Virus record (IMG/VR): IMGVR_UViG_3300045950_000335
Coordinates: 1 to 59,383 of that record
Source of the DNA: a virus
Taxonomy: Duplodnaviria; Caudoviricetes
Length of the DNA stretch: 59,383 nucleotides
Direction: 5' to 3' (one strand)
Numbering within the stretch: position 1 is the first letter of the stretch; every line of letters begins with the position of its first letter. Below are positions 9,668-19,396 of this stretch, piece by piece. The notes beneath the pieces were generated by a model that was given only the letters and a program-made list of their open reading frames with translations, was not told where the DNA came from and made no database searches. A program made the translations under genes and the position numbers.

Positions 9668-10243
9668 ATGCCACCCGCCAAACGCATGCAACGCAGTTCG
9701 CACACCTGGATCGCCATCATCCGCGACGCCGTGGAGGCATGGCGCAAGCAGAACGGCTGGAGCCGGGAGACGGCGGCGCAGATGATCGTGGAGGCGCACG
9801 AGTGCTGCGGCCTGCAGCAGGTCAGCGGCATCGTGTTCGACCCGCACACCCGCGACACCTACGAGCGCATGAAGGTCAACGCCGACCGCATCTTTCGCTG
9901 GCTGGACGATGTGACCAAGGACAACAACCTGCTCTGCGCGAACTTCATCCCGTCGATTCTGGCAGCGCTGCCGGCCGGACAGCGCATGCATCTGGTGGAC
10001 GATCTGCTGCGCGATCACGGCATGGCCTGCCGCATGGTGTCCACAGAGTCCGACGACACGCCCATCGGCATGCTGCGCTCGATGATGATCGAATCTTCCG
10101 AGGCGCAGCAGGCCGTCGCCGCGCTGCTGGACGGCGAGGACCCTGGCGAACTGGAGCACGCCCAGCGCCAGATCGCCGAGGCGCAGGAGGTGCTGCGCAA
10201 CGCGCAGAATATGGTGGAGACCATGATGAAGGGGAGAGAGTGA
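9668..10243 (+). CDS. CII/YdaT-like regulatory protein
   Basis: IRDAVEAW...ADRIFRWLDD...PSILAALP pattern and position. Confidence 0.6.
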   Translation: MPPAKRMQRSSHTWIAIIRDAVEAWRKQNGWSRETAAQMIVEAHECCGLQQVSGIVFDPHTRDTYERMKVNADRIFRWLDDVTKDNNLLCANFIPSILAALPAGQRMHLVDDLLRDHGMACRMVSTESDDTPIGMLRSMMIESSEAQQAVAALLDGEDPGELEHAQRQIAEAQEVLRNAQNMVETMMKGRE

Positions 10244-10518
10244 TGCCAGGCAAGAAGAAGATCGTGTACAAGCCGAGGAACGTCTGCCCTCACTGCGCCA
10301 GTCCTTCGACATTGCGAACCAGCAAGGTCATTTCTGAGCTGTCCCGCGAGATATATTTCCAGTGCAACAACCACGAGTGCGGGCACACCTGGGTTGCGCT
10401 GCTCTCCGCGATACGCACCATCGTGCCTTCGCGCACGCCGAACCCGAACGTCCACATCCCGCTTTCCGAAAAGACCGGCCATACGGTAGCCATGGCAACC
10501 GCACCGCCTTCAGGCTGA
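10243..10518 (+). CDS. ogr: Ogr/Delta-like zinc-finger late activator
   Basis: CPHC...YFQCNNHECGHTWVA; TGATG overlap with the upstream stop. Confidence 0.88.
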   Translation: MPGKKKIVYKPRNVCPHCASPSTLRTSKVISELSREIYFQCNNHECGHTWVALLSAIRTIVPSRTPNPNVHIPLSEKTGHTVAMATAPPSG

Positions 10519-10623
10519 TGACTGCGGCGCTCCCGCCGCGACTGATCCACAACAACACGAGATGCGACATGCCTTGAAAAAGGCGTGCAGGGATTTTTTT
10601 ACCCAAAAAAACGAACAAGCTAG

Positions 10624-13326
10624 ATGAACCCGAGACTACATTCAGACCTGACCCGCGCCCTCGAGCGCGACTACGGCTTCAAGGAGGAGAAAGGCTACCT
10701 TCGCAAAGGCGTCTGCCCTTCCTGCAGCAAGAAGGAGCTGTACGCCAACGCGGAGAAGCCGTGGGTGCTGCGCTGCGGGCGGCTGAACAAGTGCGGCGTC
10801 GAGTATCACGTCAAGGAGCTCTACCCCGACCTGTTCACCAACTGGAGCGAGCGCCATCCGGTGACGCCGCAGGACCCGAACGCCGCCGCCGATGCCTACA
10901 TGCGCGACGGCCGCGGCTTCGACCTGGCCAAGGTCAAGGGCTGGTACGAGCAGGAGAGCTACTTCGACCCGCTGCTGCGCCAGGGCTCGGCCACGGTCCG
11001 CTTCCCCCTGCCCGGCATCGGCTATTGGGAGCGCATCATCGACAGGCCGGAGCGCTTCGGCAAGCGCAAGGCCACGTTCAAGGGAGACTACAAGGGCCAC
11101 TGGTGGGTGGCGCCCGGACTCGACCTGACGGCGGAGTCGGTGAAGGAGATCTGGATCGTCGAGGGCATCTTCGATGCCATCGCCCTGCTCCACCACGACG
11201 TCACCAGCACCTCGGCGCTCTCGTGCTACAACTATCCGGATATTGCGCTAAAGGCGCTTGCCCAGCGCTGCGCCGAGCTGGGCCGCCAGCGTCCGCGCCT
11301 GGTGTGGGCGCTGGACACCGGCAAGGCCGGCGAGCGATTCACCAAGAAGCACGTTGAGCGCAGCCGCGAGGAAGGCTGGGACGCCGTCGCCGCCCAGCCG
11401 CCGGACGATGGCAAGGTCAAGCTGGACTGGAACGAGCTGCACCAGCGCGACAGGCTGACGCCGAAGGTGCTGGAGGATTCGCTCTACCGCGGCTCGCTGC
11501 TGGTAGCGAAGAGCGCGCACGAGAAGGCCATGCTGATGTACAACCACAGCGGCCACGGCTCCTTCTACTTCGGCTACGACAACCGCATGTGGTGGTTCGA
11601 GCTCGACATTGAGAAGTTCGGCAAGGCGATGGAGATCATCGCTGAGTCGTATGACCATCTGTCGGACGATCAGCGCCGCGAAATGGCGATGAAGGAATCG
11701 CACACCCTGCGCGAGATCGCCAACTGCTACTTCACCGCGCTCTACTACCAGGCCAACCTGCTCACCGACGAATCCTGGTACTACCTGCGCGTGGACTTCC
11801 CGCACAGCGGGGAGTCGGTCAAGAACACCTTCACCGGCGCGCAACTCACCAGCGCCAGCGAATTCAAGAAACGAATGCTCGGCATAGCCCCCGGCGCAAT
11901 GTACACCGGCAGCGGACAGCAGCTCGACCGCATCATGCAGCGCCAGTTGTTCAACATCAAGACCGTCCAGACCATCGACTACATCGGATACAGCAAGGAG
12001 CACGGCGCCTGGGTGTTCGGCGACGTGGCGATCCAGAACGGCCGCCTGGTTCCGCTCAACGACGAGGACTTCTTCGACATCGGCAAGCTCTCCATCAAGA
12101 GCCTGAACCGCTCTGTGGATCTGGCGCTGAACACCGACATCAACGAATTCTCCACCGAGTGGGTGGACCTGCTGTGGCGCTGCTACCAGTACAAGGGCAT
12201 CGCGGCGCTGGCCTTCTGGTTGGGCAGCCTGTTCGCCGAGCAGATCCGCAACAAGCACAAGTCCTTCCCCTTCATCGAACTGGTCGGCGAGCCTGGCGCG
12301 GGCAAGTCCACGCTGATCGAGTTCCTGTGGCGGCTGTGCGGCCGCTCCGACTACGAGGGCTTCGACCCGAGCAAGTCCACCATGGCGGCGCGGGCGCGCA
12401 ACTTCTCGCAGGTGTCCAACCTGCCCGTGGTGCTGATCGAGGGCGACCGCACCGAGGAAGACCGCGCCAAGCAGAAAGGATTCGACTGGGACGAGCTCAA
12501 GCCGCTCTACAACGGCCGCAGCGTCTACAGCCGGGGCGTGAAGAACAGCGGCAACGAGACCTACGAGCCGCCCTTCCGTGGCGCGCTGGTGATCAGCCAG
12601 AACGCCAACGTGAACGCCTCGGACGCGATCATGCAGCGCATCTGCCACATCGGCTTCGACCTGGCCTCGCACACGCCGGAATCGAAGGCCGCCGCCGACC
12701 AGCTCGGCCAGATCGGCGTGGAGTCGCTGTCCGGATTCCTGATCAAGGCCACGCTGGCCGAGAAGGCCATCCTCGCCAGCTTCGAGGAGCGCCTGCCATT
12801 CCACGAGAAGCGCCTGCTCAAGGTGAAGGGCGTGCGCAACCTGCGCATCGTCAAGAACCACGCCATGCTGTCCGCGCTGGTCGATGCCATGTCCCACGTT
12901 GTGCACATCGGCAACGCCGAGCGTGAACTGACGCACTCCTTCATCGAGGACATGACCGCCGAGCGGCAGGAAGCGATCAACGCGGACCACCCGACCGTGC
13001 AGAACTTCTGGGAGATATACGACTTCCTCAACGGCCACGACGACACCCCGCGCCTCAACCACTCGCGCAAGGAAGAGCAGCAGATCGCCATCAACCTCAA
13101 CCACTTCGTCGAGGTCGCCGCCGATCGCCGTCAACAGATCCCGGACATGAACGAGCTGAAGAAGCTGCTCAAGACCAGCCGCACGCGCAAGTTCATCGGC
13201 ATCAAGCCGGTGAACAGCGCCATCAACGCGGTATGGAACGCGCGCCGTAAGGAAGAAGGCGGCACGGAGAAGCCATCAACCGTGAAGTGCTGGGTATTCG
13301 AGAACCCGTCAACCGAAAGGAGGTAG
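10624..13326 (+). CDS. Zinc-finger/TOPRIM primase fused to P-loop helicase (replication protein)
   Basis: CPSC..CGRLNKC; IWIVEGIFDAIAL; LDWNE; Walker A GEPGAGKS. Confidence 0.9.
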   Translation: MNPRLHSDLTRALERDYGFKEEKGYLRKGVCPSCSKKELYANAEKPWVLRCGRLNKCGVEYHVKELYPDLFTNWSERHPVTPQDPNAAADAYMRDGRGFDLAKVKGWYEQESYFDPLLRQGSATVRFPLPGIGYWERIIDRPERFGKRKATFKGDYKGHWWVAPGLDLTAESVKEIWIVEGIFDAIALLHHDVTSTSALSCYNYPDIALKALAQRCAELGRQRPRLVWALDTGKAGERFTKKHVERSREEGWDAVAAQPPDDGKVKLDWNELHQRDRLTPKVLEDSLYRGSLLVAKSAHEKAMLMYNHSGHGSFYFGYDNRMWWFELDIEKFGKAMEIIAESYDHLSDDQRREMAMKESHTLREIANCYFTALYYQANLLTDESWYYLRVDFPHSGESVKNTFTGAQLTSASEFKKRMLGIAPGAMYTGSGQQLDRIMQRQLFNIKTVQTIDYIGYSKEHGAWVFGDVAIQNGRLVPLNDEDFFDIGKLSIKSLNRSVDLALNTDINEFSTEWVDLLWRCYQYKGIAALAFWLGSLFAEQIRNKHKSFPFIELVGEPGAGKSTLIEFLWRLCGRSDYEGFDPSKSTMAARARNFSQVSNLPVVLIEGDRTEEDRAKQKGFDWDELKPLYNGRSVYSRGVKNSGNETYEPPFRGALVISQNANVNASDAIMQRICHIGFDLASHTPESKAAADQLGQIGVESLSGFLIKATLAEKAILASFEERLPFHEKRLLKVKGVRNLRIVKNHAMLSALVDAMSHVVHIGNAERELTHSFIEDMTAERQEAINADHPTVQNFWEIYDFLNGHDDTPRLNHSRKEEQQIAINLNHFVEVAADRRQQIPDMNELKKLLKTSRTRKFIGIKPVNSAINAVWNARRKEEGGTEKPSTVKCWVFENPSTERR

Positions 13327-13330
13327 TGCC

Positions 13331-13519
13331 ATGCCAAGACGTAGCGCCCAACTTGCCTTGCCGATTCCGAAGTTCGAACCGACGGAGGAGCTGTTGCGCA
13401 AGGCGCACCAGCAAAGCCGCATCAAGCAGACATTCGAGGAAGCGATGCAGCAGACCAGCTTCCGCATCTGCCTGCGCCACATGGCCATGCTGATGGCCGG
13501 AAGGAGGAAGAGGAAATGA
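13331..13519 (+). CDS. Hypothetical protein
   Basis: RBS AGGAGG; coupled operon. Confidence 0.55.
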   Translation: MPRRSAQLALPIPKFEPTEELLRKAHQQSRIKQTFEEAMQQTSFRICLRHMAMLMAGRRKRK

Positions 13520-13755
13520 AGACCATCACCATGCCGCAAGACACCACCGTCATCCAGGCCGGAGCCGTGGCAGCACAGCACGGCTGCGTCCTGCGCGCGG
13601 AGAACGGCCGCATCTACATGAAGCGCGCCCGGCACAGCCTGGACAGCGCATTCCGCGCCGTGGATCAGGGCCGCTTCGCAGAGGCGCGCAGCCACCTGAA
13701 CGAATCGCACGACAACGTCGAGGCATTCATCGTGGCAGGAGGTGCGACATGCTGA
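13516..13755 (+). CDS. Hypothetical protein
   Basis: ATGA overlap; RBS GAGGA. Confidence 0.55.
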   Translation: MKTITMPQDTTVIQAGAVAAQHGCVLRAENGRIYMKRARHSLDSAFRAVDQGRFAEARSHLNESHDNVEAFIVAGGATC

Positions 13756-13934
13756 ACGTCATCCCCCTGCGCCCGCGCAAGAACCGCCTCGCCGAATTCA
13801 TCGCCACCGACTGGGCGCTGACCAAACGGCACGCCAGGGACGCCGTGAAGTTCGTCTCCGGCTACCTGTTTTTCCGCCGCAACGGATTTACCCGCAAGGC
13901 CTCGATCTTCAACGCGAGGAACGCAATCAACTGA
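13749..13934 (+). CDS. Hypothetical protein
   Basis: RBS GGAGG; overlaps upstream stop. Confidence 0.5.
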   Translation: MLNVIPLRPRKNRLAEFIATDWALTKRHARDAVKFVSGYLFFRRNGFTRKASIFNARNAIN

Positions 13935-13959
13935 CCACGTATCACCAAAGGAGACCACT

Positions 13960-14112
13960 ATGAAGATCGTATTCGACACAGAGGCGGGTGACTTCGCCGA
14001 GCATGTCGGCAGGGAGATCATCCGTCGATTCACTCAGAAGACCGGCCCAGCGCTGTGGAACCACCAGGGCCGCCATGCTGAATTCTGCAAGAAGATCGGG
14101 GTGCAATCATGA
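13960..14112 (+). CDS. Hypothetical protein (50 aa, MKIVFDTEAG...)
   Basis: RBS AAGGAG; not in ORF track; stop overlaps next start. Confidence 0.55.
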   Translation: MKIVFDTEAGDFAEHVGREIIRRFTQKTGPALWNHQGRHAEFCKKIGVQS

Positions 14113-14477
14113 CCACCCATAAAGTCATAGGCTGCATGCGTCCGGACGGTGGCGCGGGTTGCGAGATCACACTGGGTTGCGCAGGCTGCAACAGTGCCAT
14201 CCACGACTATGCAACGCCGCCGGCGCGCGCATGCGGCACCTGCCACTATGCCTGCGACTGCCGCGAGCACAAGGTCGCGGTGCTGATCAAGGCCGCGCTC
14301 GATGCCGCCACTGAGCTGGATGGCCTGCAAGCCGCATGGGCCGCGTCTTATCCTGGAGACGAGTCGGTCAAGGAGGTCGCGGAGAATCACCGCGCCACCG
14401 TCGAGCGCGTCTACGACGCCTGCGAGCAGCTCGGCGAGAAGATCGGACGCAGCGCGGACGAGGGAGTGCCAGCATGA
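14109..14477 (+). CDS. Cys-rich hypothetical protein
   Basis: CAGC, CGTCHYACDCRE; coupled to neighbours. Confidence 0.55.
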   Translation: MTTHKVIGCMRPDGGAGCEITLGCAGCNSAIHDYATPPARACGTCHYACDCREHKVAVLIKAALDAATELDGLQAAWAASYPGDESVKEVAENHRATVERVYDACEQLGEKIGRSADEGVPA

Positions 14478-14863
14478 TCCCCCTCGACACCCTAACCGCC
14501 ATCCACGCCACGCTGGCCGGGATGCTCGCCGCGATCGACAAGGACTTCGTCAACGGTTCATTCGAGCTGCTCGCCGGGTTCTTCGTGCTCAACCACTGCC
14601 GCGTGCTGCGCCTCCACAAGCAGGCGCGCGGCGTGTCGCTGGTCAGCGTGTGCTTCTTCACCATGTGGGGGCTGTGGAACCTGTACTACTACCCGGCGCT
14701 GAACCAGCCGCTGAGCTTCTACGGCGGCCTGTTCGTGGTGGCGGCCAACGCCCTCTACGTCGGCATGATGGTCAGCTACCGCAGCTCCGCCTTCATCGAC
14801 GAGCACGCCATCTACCTCGGCGCCGAGAGCGCCGGATACAACAACCATGGAGACAGGACATGA
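14474..14863 (+). CDS. 3-TM membrane protein, PQ-loop/SemiSWEET-like pattern
   Basis: TM1-KQARGVS-TM2(WGLWNLYYY)-TM3(AANALY). Confidence 0.55.
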   Translation: MIPLDTLTAIHATLAGMLAAIDKDFVNGSFELLAGFFVLNHCRVLRLHKQARGVSLVSVCFFTMWGLWNLYYYPALNQPLSFYGGLFVVAANALYVGMMVSYRSSAFIDEHAIYLGAESAGYNNHGDRT

Positions 14864-15054
14864 AATGCAAGAACTGTAATACCGAATTTGATATCGACAA
14901 TGTTCGAACAACCATTGCCGCGCATGACGATGACAAGTTGGACATCATTGTCGAGTGCCATGTCTGCGGCAGGAAGCTGAACGAATTCATTTCCATAACC
15001 GAAATGGTAGTTATTGAGGATGGAAAGGCATCGCAGGAGGCGGAAACATGCTGA
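14860..15054 (+). CDS. Small zinc-ribbon protein
   Basis: CKNC...CHVCG; lower GC. Confidence 0.55.
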   Translation: MKCKNCNTEFDIDNVRTTIAAHDDDKLDIIVECHVCGRKLNEFISITEMVVIEDGKASQEAETC

Positions 15055-16835
15055 CCCGCGAAATCACCCACGCCCACCTCTTCTGCGGCCTCGGCGGCGG
15101 CGCCAAGGGCTTCAACGACGCCCAGCCGCGCGTCGGCAACCTGGTCGGCAAGTTCCGCTGCCTGGGCGGCATCGACGTTGACCCGGCCGGCATCCGCGAC
15201 TTCGAGCGCCTGACCGGCGTGCGCGGCACGGTGCTGGATCTGTTCGACCGCTCGCAGTACATCGCCTTCCACGGCCACGAGCCGCCCGCAGGCTGGCGCG
15301 AGGCCGGGCCGGCCGACATCGTGCGCGCCATGGGCGGCGAGCGTCCGAACATCTGGTTCCTCTCTGCGCCGTGCAAGGGATTCTCCGGCCTGCTCAACGA
15401 GACCAAGAGCAAGACGGACAAGTACCAGGCGCTCAACCGCCTGACGCTGCGCGGCATCTGGCTGGCGCTGGAGGCCTACAAGGACGACCCGGCCGAGATG
15501 ATCGTGTTCGAGAACGTCCCGCGCATCGCGCACCGCGGCCGCCACCTGCTGGACCAGATCGTGGACCTGCTGCGCCACTACGGCTACGCGGTGGCCGAGA
15601 CCACGCACGACTGCGGCGAGATCGGCGGGCTGGCGCAGAGCCGCAAGCGCTTCCTGCTGGTGGCCCGCCACATCGAGAAGGTGCCGCCCTTCCTCTACGA
15701 GCCGGAGAAGAAGCGCCTGCAGGCCGTGGGCACCGTGCTGGACCGCATGCCCTTGCCCGGCGACCTGCGCGGCGGCCCGATGCACCGCGTGCCGAACCTG
15801 CAATGGAAGACGTGGGTGCGGCTGGCCTTCGTCGAGGCCGGCAGCGACTGGCGCAGCCTGAACAAGCTGGAGGTGCAGGACGGGTTCCTGCGCGACTTCC
15901 TGATCGCGCCAGACCTGCACAACACCGTGCTGGGCGTGCGCAAGTGGGACGAGCATACCGGCGCAGTAGTCGGGCGCAGCCTGCCGCTCAATGGCGCGTT
16001 CTCGATCGCTGACCCGCGCATGCATACCGGCTTCGAATACAGCCAATACGGCGTGCTCCGCTTCGACGAGCACATGGGCGCAGTGAGCGGTCAGTCCGCG
16101 CCTGGCGGCGGCAAGTACACCGTCGCCGATCCGCGCACCGGCATCAAGCACAATAACTGCTTCCGCATCGTCCGCTTCGACCAGAATGCAGGAACAGTCA
16201 CTGGAGGAACGGGGCCAAGCGCAGGTGGCCAGGGTGTCGCCGATCCTCGATCGACAACCGGCTTCGGCGGCAAGGGCAAGTACATCGTCACGCCCTACGA
16301 CTCCAACGCCAACACAGTGATCTCTGGAAGCACCACCGGGCAAGGCGCGTTCGCCGTGGCCGACCCGCGCCCCAACCTCAACCGCGCCAAGGGCGACAAC
16401 TACCTGACGGCCGGCCACTACGGCGTGGTGCGCTACGACGACTCCTGCGGCGCCGTGTCCGCCGCTGCCGGGCACGACAACGGCCGCTGGTCCGTCGCCG
16501 ACCCGAGGCTGCCCGAGGCCTCCGACAAGCTAGTCGCCGTCATCCGCTCACTCGACGGCACCTGGCACCGCCCGTTCACCACGCTGGAACTGGCCGCGCT
16601 GCAGAGTCTGGTCGACCCGGAAGAGCAGCTCGAACTGGACGGCCTATCCGACAGCGACTGGCGCGAACGCATCGGCAACGCCGTCCCACCCAAGGCCGCC
16701 CAAGCCATCGCCGAAGTGATGGGCACCACCCTGCTGCTGGCGTGGAGCGGCGAGACGTTCGTGCTGTCGGCCACGCCGATCTGGGTGCGGCCGGTGGCGG
16801 TGGCGCTGAGCGTGGCGCAGGGAGGTGCTCAATGA
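15048..16835 (+). CDS. Orphan DNA (cytosine-5) methyltransferase with internal ADPR repeats
   Basis: LFCGLGGG (I), SAPCKGFS (IV), FENV (VI), QSRKR (VIII), RIGNAVPP (X). Confidence 0.92.
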   Translation: MLTREITHAHLFCGLGGGAKGFNDAQPRVGNLVGKFRCLGGIDVDPAGIRDFERLTGVRGTVLDLFDRSQYIAFHGHEPPAGWREAGPADIVRAMGGERPNIWFLSAPCKGFSGLLNETKSKTDKYQALNRLTLRGIWLALEAYKDDPAEMIVFENVPRIAHRGRHLLDQIVDLLRHYGYAVAETTHDCGEIGGLAQSRKRFLLVARHIEKVPPFLYEPEKKRLQAVGTVLDRMPLPGDLRGGPMHRVPNLQWKTWVRLAFVEAGSDWRSLNKLEVQDGFLRDFLIAPDLHNTVLGVRKWDEHTGAVVGRSLPLNGAFSIADPRMHTGFEYSQYGVLRFDEHMGAVSGQSAPGGGKYTVADPRTGIKHNNCFRIVRFDQNAGTVTGGTGPSAGGQGVADPRSTTGFGGKGKYIVTPYDSNANTVISGSTTGQGAFAVADPRPNLNRAKGDNYLTAGHYGVVRYDDSCGAVSAAAGHDNGRWSVADPRLPEASDKLVAVIRSLDGTWHRPFTTLELAALQSLVDPEEQLELDGLSDSDWRERIGNAVPPKAAQAIAEVMGTTLLLAWSGETFVLSATPIWVRPVAVALSVAQGGAQ

Positions 16836-17047
16836 CTACCGTCTACGCAGACCTGGTGCTGGACACCGGCGAGCTGGTCCGCATCGAGTGCCCTGGGCAG
16901 TTCGAGGACGAGCTGTACGACTCGCTGAATCAGTGCATGAAGCGCAAGGACGAGTGGTCTCCGGCTCGGTTCGAGGGGTGCAACGCCGAGTTCATGGGGC
17001 ACTCGCTCAGTCGCGTGAACATGGCCAGAGTGGTGGGGATGCTATGA
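16832..17047 (+). CDS. Hypothetical protein
   Basis: RBS GGAGG; ATGA overlap. Confidence 0.55.
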   Translation: MTTVYADLVLDTGELVRIECPGQFEDELYDSLNQCMKRKDEWSPARFEGCNAEFMGHSLSRVNMARVVGML

Positions 17048-17424
17048 GCCAGCCTTTCGTCCACATCGACCGCATCCGGCTGTTCTCGTCCAACGGCGAG
17101 GTGTACCGCGCGTTCCATCACCTGATCGCGTCCCGCGTCGGCACGCTGCTGCTGGTGCCATTGCACCTGGTCGTCGGCCGCTGCGATGTGGTGGTGGACG
17201 GCTGCCCGGTGCCGTGGGAGGAGGCGTTCGCGGTGCTGGAGTATCCGGCGACGCATCCGCTCGGCAATCCGGAGTGGAACGACCACGCGCAGCAGCTTCA
17301 ATACCTGGGCATCGCTCCGGATTCGTGCGAGATGGACCACATCGCGCCGATGACGCTGGGCCGCGAGAAGGTGCTGCGCCTAGTCCACCCGTCCGGCGTG
17401 AGGTATGCGGTGGTGATGACATGA
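17044..17424 (+). CDS. Hypothetical protein
   Basis: ATGA overlaps at both ends. Confidence 0.55.
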   Translation: MSQPFVHIDRIRLFSSNGEVYRAFHHLIASRVGTLLLVPLHLVVGRCDVVVDGCPVPWEEAFAVLEYPATHPLGNPEWNDHAQQLQYLGIAPDSCEMDHIAPMTLGREKVLRLVHPSGVRYAVVMT

Positions 17425-17591
17425 TCTGCAGGAACTGCGCAAACCCGGTTGACATGGACAAGCAAATGTCTCGGCAAGGCTACCGCTCCTGCTCGGCCGC
17501 TCGAACTCCGCTCGATCAGGCCAAGTTCTACCGTGGCGACCATAAATGCCACTGGCCGGAGCGATTCGTCCGTGCGAACCGCTCCGTTTGA
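17421..17591 (+). CDS. Small Cys-containing hypothetical protein
   Basis: MICRNC...; coupled start. Confidence 0.45.
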   Translation: MICRNCANPVDMDKQMSRQGYRSCSAARTPLDQAKFYRGDHKCHWPERFVRANRSV

Positions 17592-17685
17592 CCCATGAAG
17601 AAGTCCGAGTTTACAGTCCGCACCGTTGGAACTCCTGATGTCGAATTGGCGGCGGACCTGTTCGCCCCGTTGTTTCTGAAAATAC

Positions 17686-19197
17686 ATGAGCGCAATCAAT
17701 CAAAACGCCCAGCGCTGCGCGTTGTACCTACGCAGCAGCAAGGACCGGTCGGATGTGTCGATCGACGCCCAGCGCCGCGAGCTGCGGGCGCTGGCCAAGT
17801 CTCGCAACCTGGTTGTAGTTGAGGAATTCTCCGACCCGGTCGAACGCGCAAACGGGCGCGCCCCAAACTTCCAGCGCCTGCTTCAGCAAATAAACAGCAA
17901 GGATCGCAAGTGGAGTACGATCATCATGCTCGACACTTCGCGCCTGGCCAGAGATCAATATGTGGCCATCGTCTTCAAGCACGAATGCAAGAAGCGAGGC
18001 ATCGACGTCGTCTTTGCGATGCTGCCGCAACTGGACGGGGTTTCGGCCATCATCATGCCGGCCGTGCTGCACGCCATGGATGAGGTGCACAGCTACTTGT
18101 CCAAGGTAAAAGGGCTGGCCGGAATGGCAGAGAACATTCACAGGGGGTTTCGCGCCGGCGGACGCGCCCCATTCGGCTACACCCTGGAGCACATCGCCAC
18201 CGGCGCGATCCGGGAAGGCGAGCCGGTGACCAAGTCGAAGCTCGTCCCGGACGAGAACGCAGCCAAGATTGCCGTCTATCTGAAGGGGCGCGCACAAGGA
18301 CTGGCCGGAACCGGTCTGGCCGAGAAGCTCGGGCTGGATCTCGCCCGAACCAGCCTGAACGGAATCGAATGGAACGCCCTCACCTATGCCGGGCACACAG
18401 TCTGGAACGTCCACAATGAGAAGACAGACGGCGGCTACAAGGGCGGCGTGAAGCGCCGGCCGCGGTCGGAGTGGCTGATGCAGCGAGATACTCACCAGGC
18501 GCTGATCACCGACGCCGAGGCCGAGACCATCCTGCAGCGCCTCGAATCCGGCCGGATCAAGACCTACAACACCCGCGCCAAACACCTGCTGACCGGCATG
18601 CTGGTCACCTCCGGCGGCGAGCCCTGCCACGGAAACGGCGAGTATTACCGTGCTGGCGCCAAGAGCGTGAAGGCCGAACGTGTCGACGGCGCGATCACCC
18701 GCCAGATCGGAATCGACCTGCAGTCGGACGCCTTCATCAGGGGGCTGCTGAAGTCAGCCAGCAAGGCGGCCGCCGGCGACAACGCCGACCTGCAGCTGGC
18801 AAAGAAGGAAGCCCGCACCCTGGACGCGCGCATCGAGCGCCTGACCAACCTGCTGGCCGATACCGACACCCCCGCCCCGCTGCTGCGCAAGATCGAGGCG
18901 ATGGAAAACGAACGCGCCGCCATCCTGCGCAAGCTGGAAGCGGCCGAATCCGCCGCACGCCACAACAAGGCGCTGCGGGAACTATCTGAACAAGACGTGA
19001 AGGTGATCCTGGGCGGGATCGCCGGGAGCCTCAACGAGCTCGATCGCGACGATCTGAAGGATGTTCTGCGCGGCCTGATCGACCGTATTTCGCTTGATTT
19101 TTCCAGCTCTGAACTTTGTATTCACTACAAAATTCCAGTCAAAGCTGGGGAATTAGTGGCGTCCCCTACGAGATTCGAACTCGTGTTATCGCCGTGA
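17686..19197 (+). CDS. Large serine recombinase (prophage integrase)
   Basis: ALYLRSS catalytic motif, DTSRLAR, GGRAPFGY, HQALIT, coiled coil; ends inside tRNA-Glu. Confidence 0.92.
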   Translation: MSAINQNAQRCALYLRSSKDRSDVSIDAQRRELRALAKSRNLVVVEEFSDPVERANGRAPNFQRLLQQINSKDRKWSTIIMLDTSRLARDQYVAIVFKHECKKRGIDVVFAMLPQLDGVSAIIMPAVLHAMDEVHSYLSKVKGLAGMAENIHRGFRAGGRAPFGYTLEHIATGAIREGEPVTKSKLVPDENAAKIAVYLKGRAQGLAGTGLAEKLGLDLARTSLNGIEWNALTYAGHTVWNVHNEKTDGGYKGGVKRRPRSEWLMQRDTHQALITDAEAETILQRLESGRIKTYNTRAKHLLTGMLVTSGGEPCHGNGEYYRAGAKSVKAERVDGAITRQIGIDLQSDAFIRGLLKSASKAAAGDNADLQLAKKEARTLDARIERLTNLLADTDTPAPLLRKIEAMENERAAILRKLEAAESAARHNKALRELSEQDVKVILGGIAGSLNELDRDDLKDVLRGLIDRISLDFSSSELCIHYKIPVKAGELVASPTRFELVLSP

Positions 19198-19232
19198 AAG
19201 GGCGGTGTCCTAGGCCTCTAGACGAAGGGGAC
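19157..19232 (-). tRNA. tRNA-Glu (TTC), probable att junction of the left prophage
   Basis: GTCCCCTTCGTCTAGAGGCCTAGGACACCGCCCTTTCACGGCGATAACACGAGTTCGAATCTCGTAGGGGACGCCA. Confidence 0.95.
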
Positions 19233-19254
19233 GTGGGTTGCTACCTCTTCTTTT

Positions 19255-19330
<76 letters not shown>

Positions 19331-19349
19331 GTACCTCGAAAGAGCGCGC

Positions 19350-19378
19350 ATTATAGTGATGCACCCTATGCTTGTAAA
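19350..19378 (-). promoter_or_regulatory. sigma70 promoter of the tRNA-Ala/Glu operon
   Basis: TTTACA-17-TATAAT followed by GC-rich discriminator GCGCGC. Confidence 0.75.
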
Positions 19379-19396
19379 CAGGGTTTCGAAAAAAAT

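Larger units (their letters stand above)
1..19197 (+). mobile_element. P2/phiCTX-like prophage, right part (tail, morons, immunity, replication, serine integrase); left end outside window
   Basis: Gene order sheath-tube-E/E'-tape measure-U-D, then Ogr and primase-helicase; integrase runs into tRNA-Glu. Confidence 0.92.
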
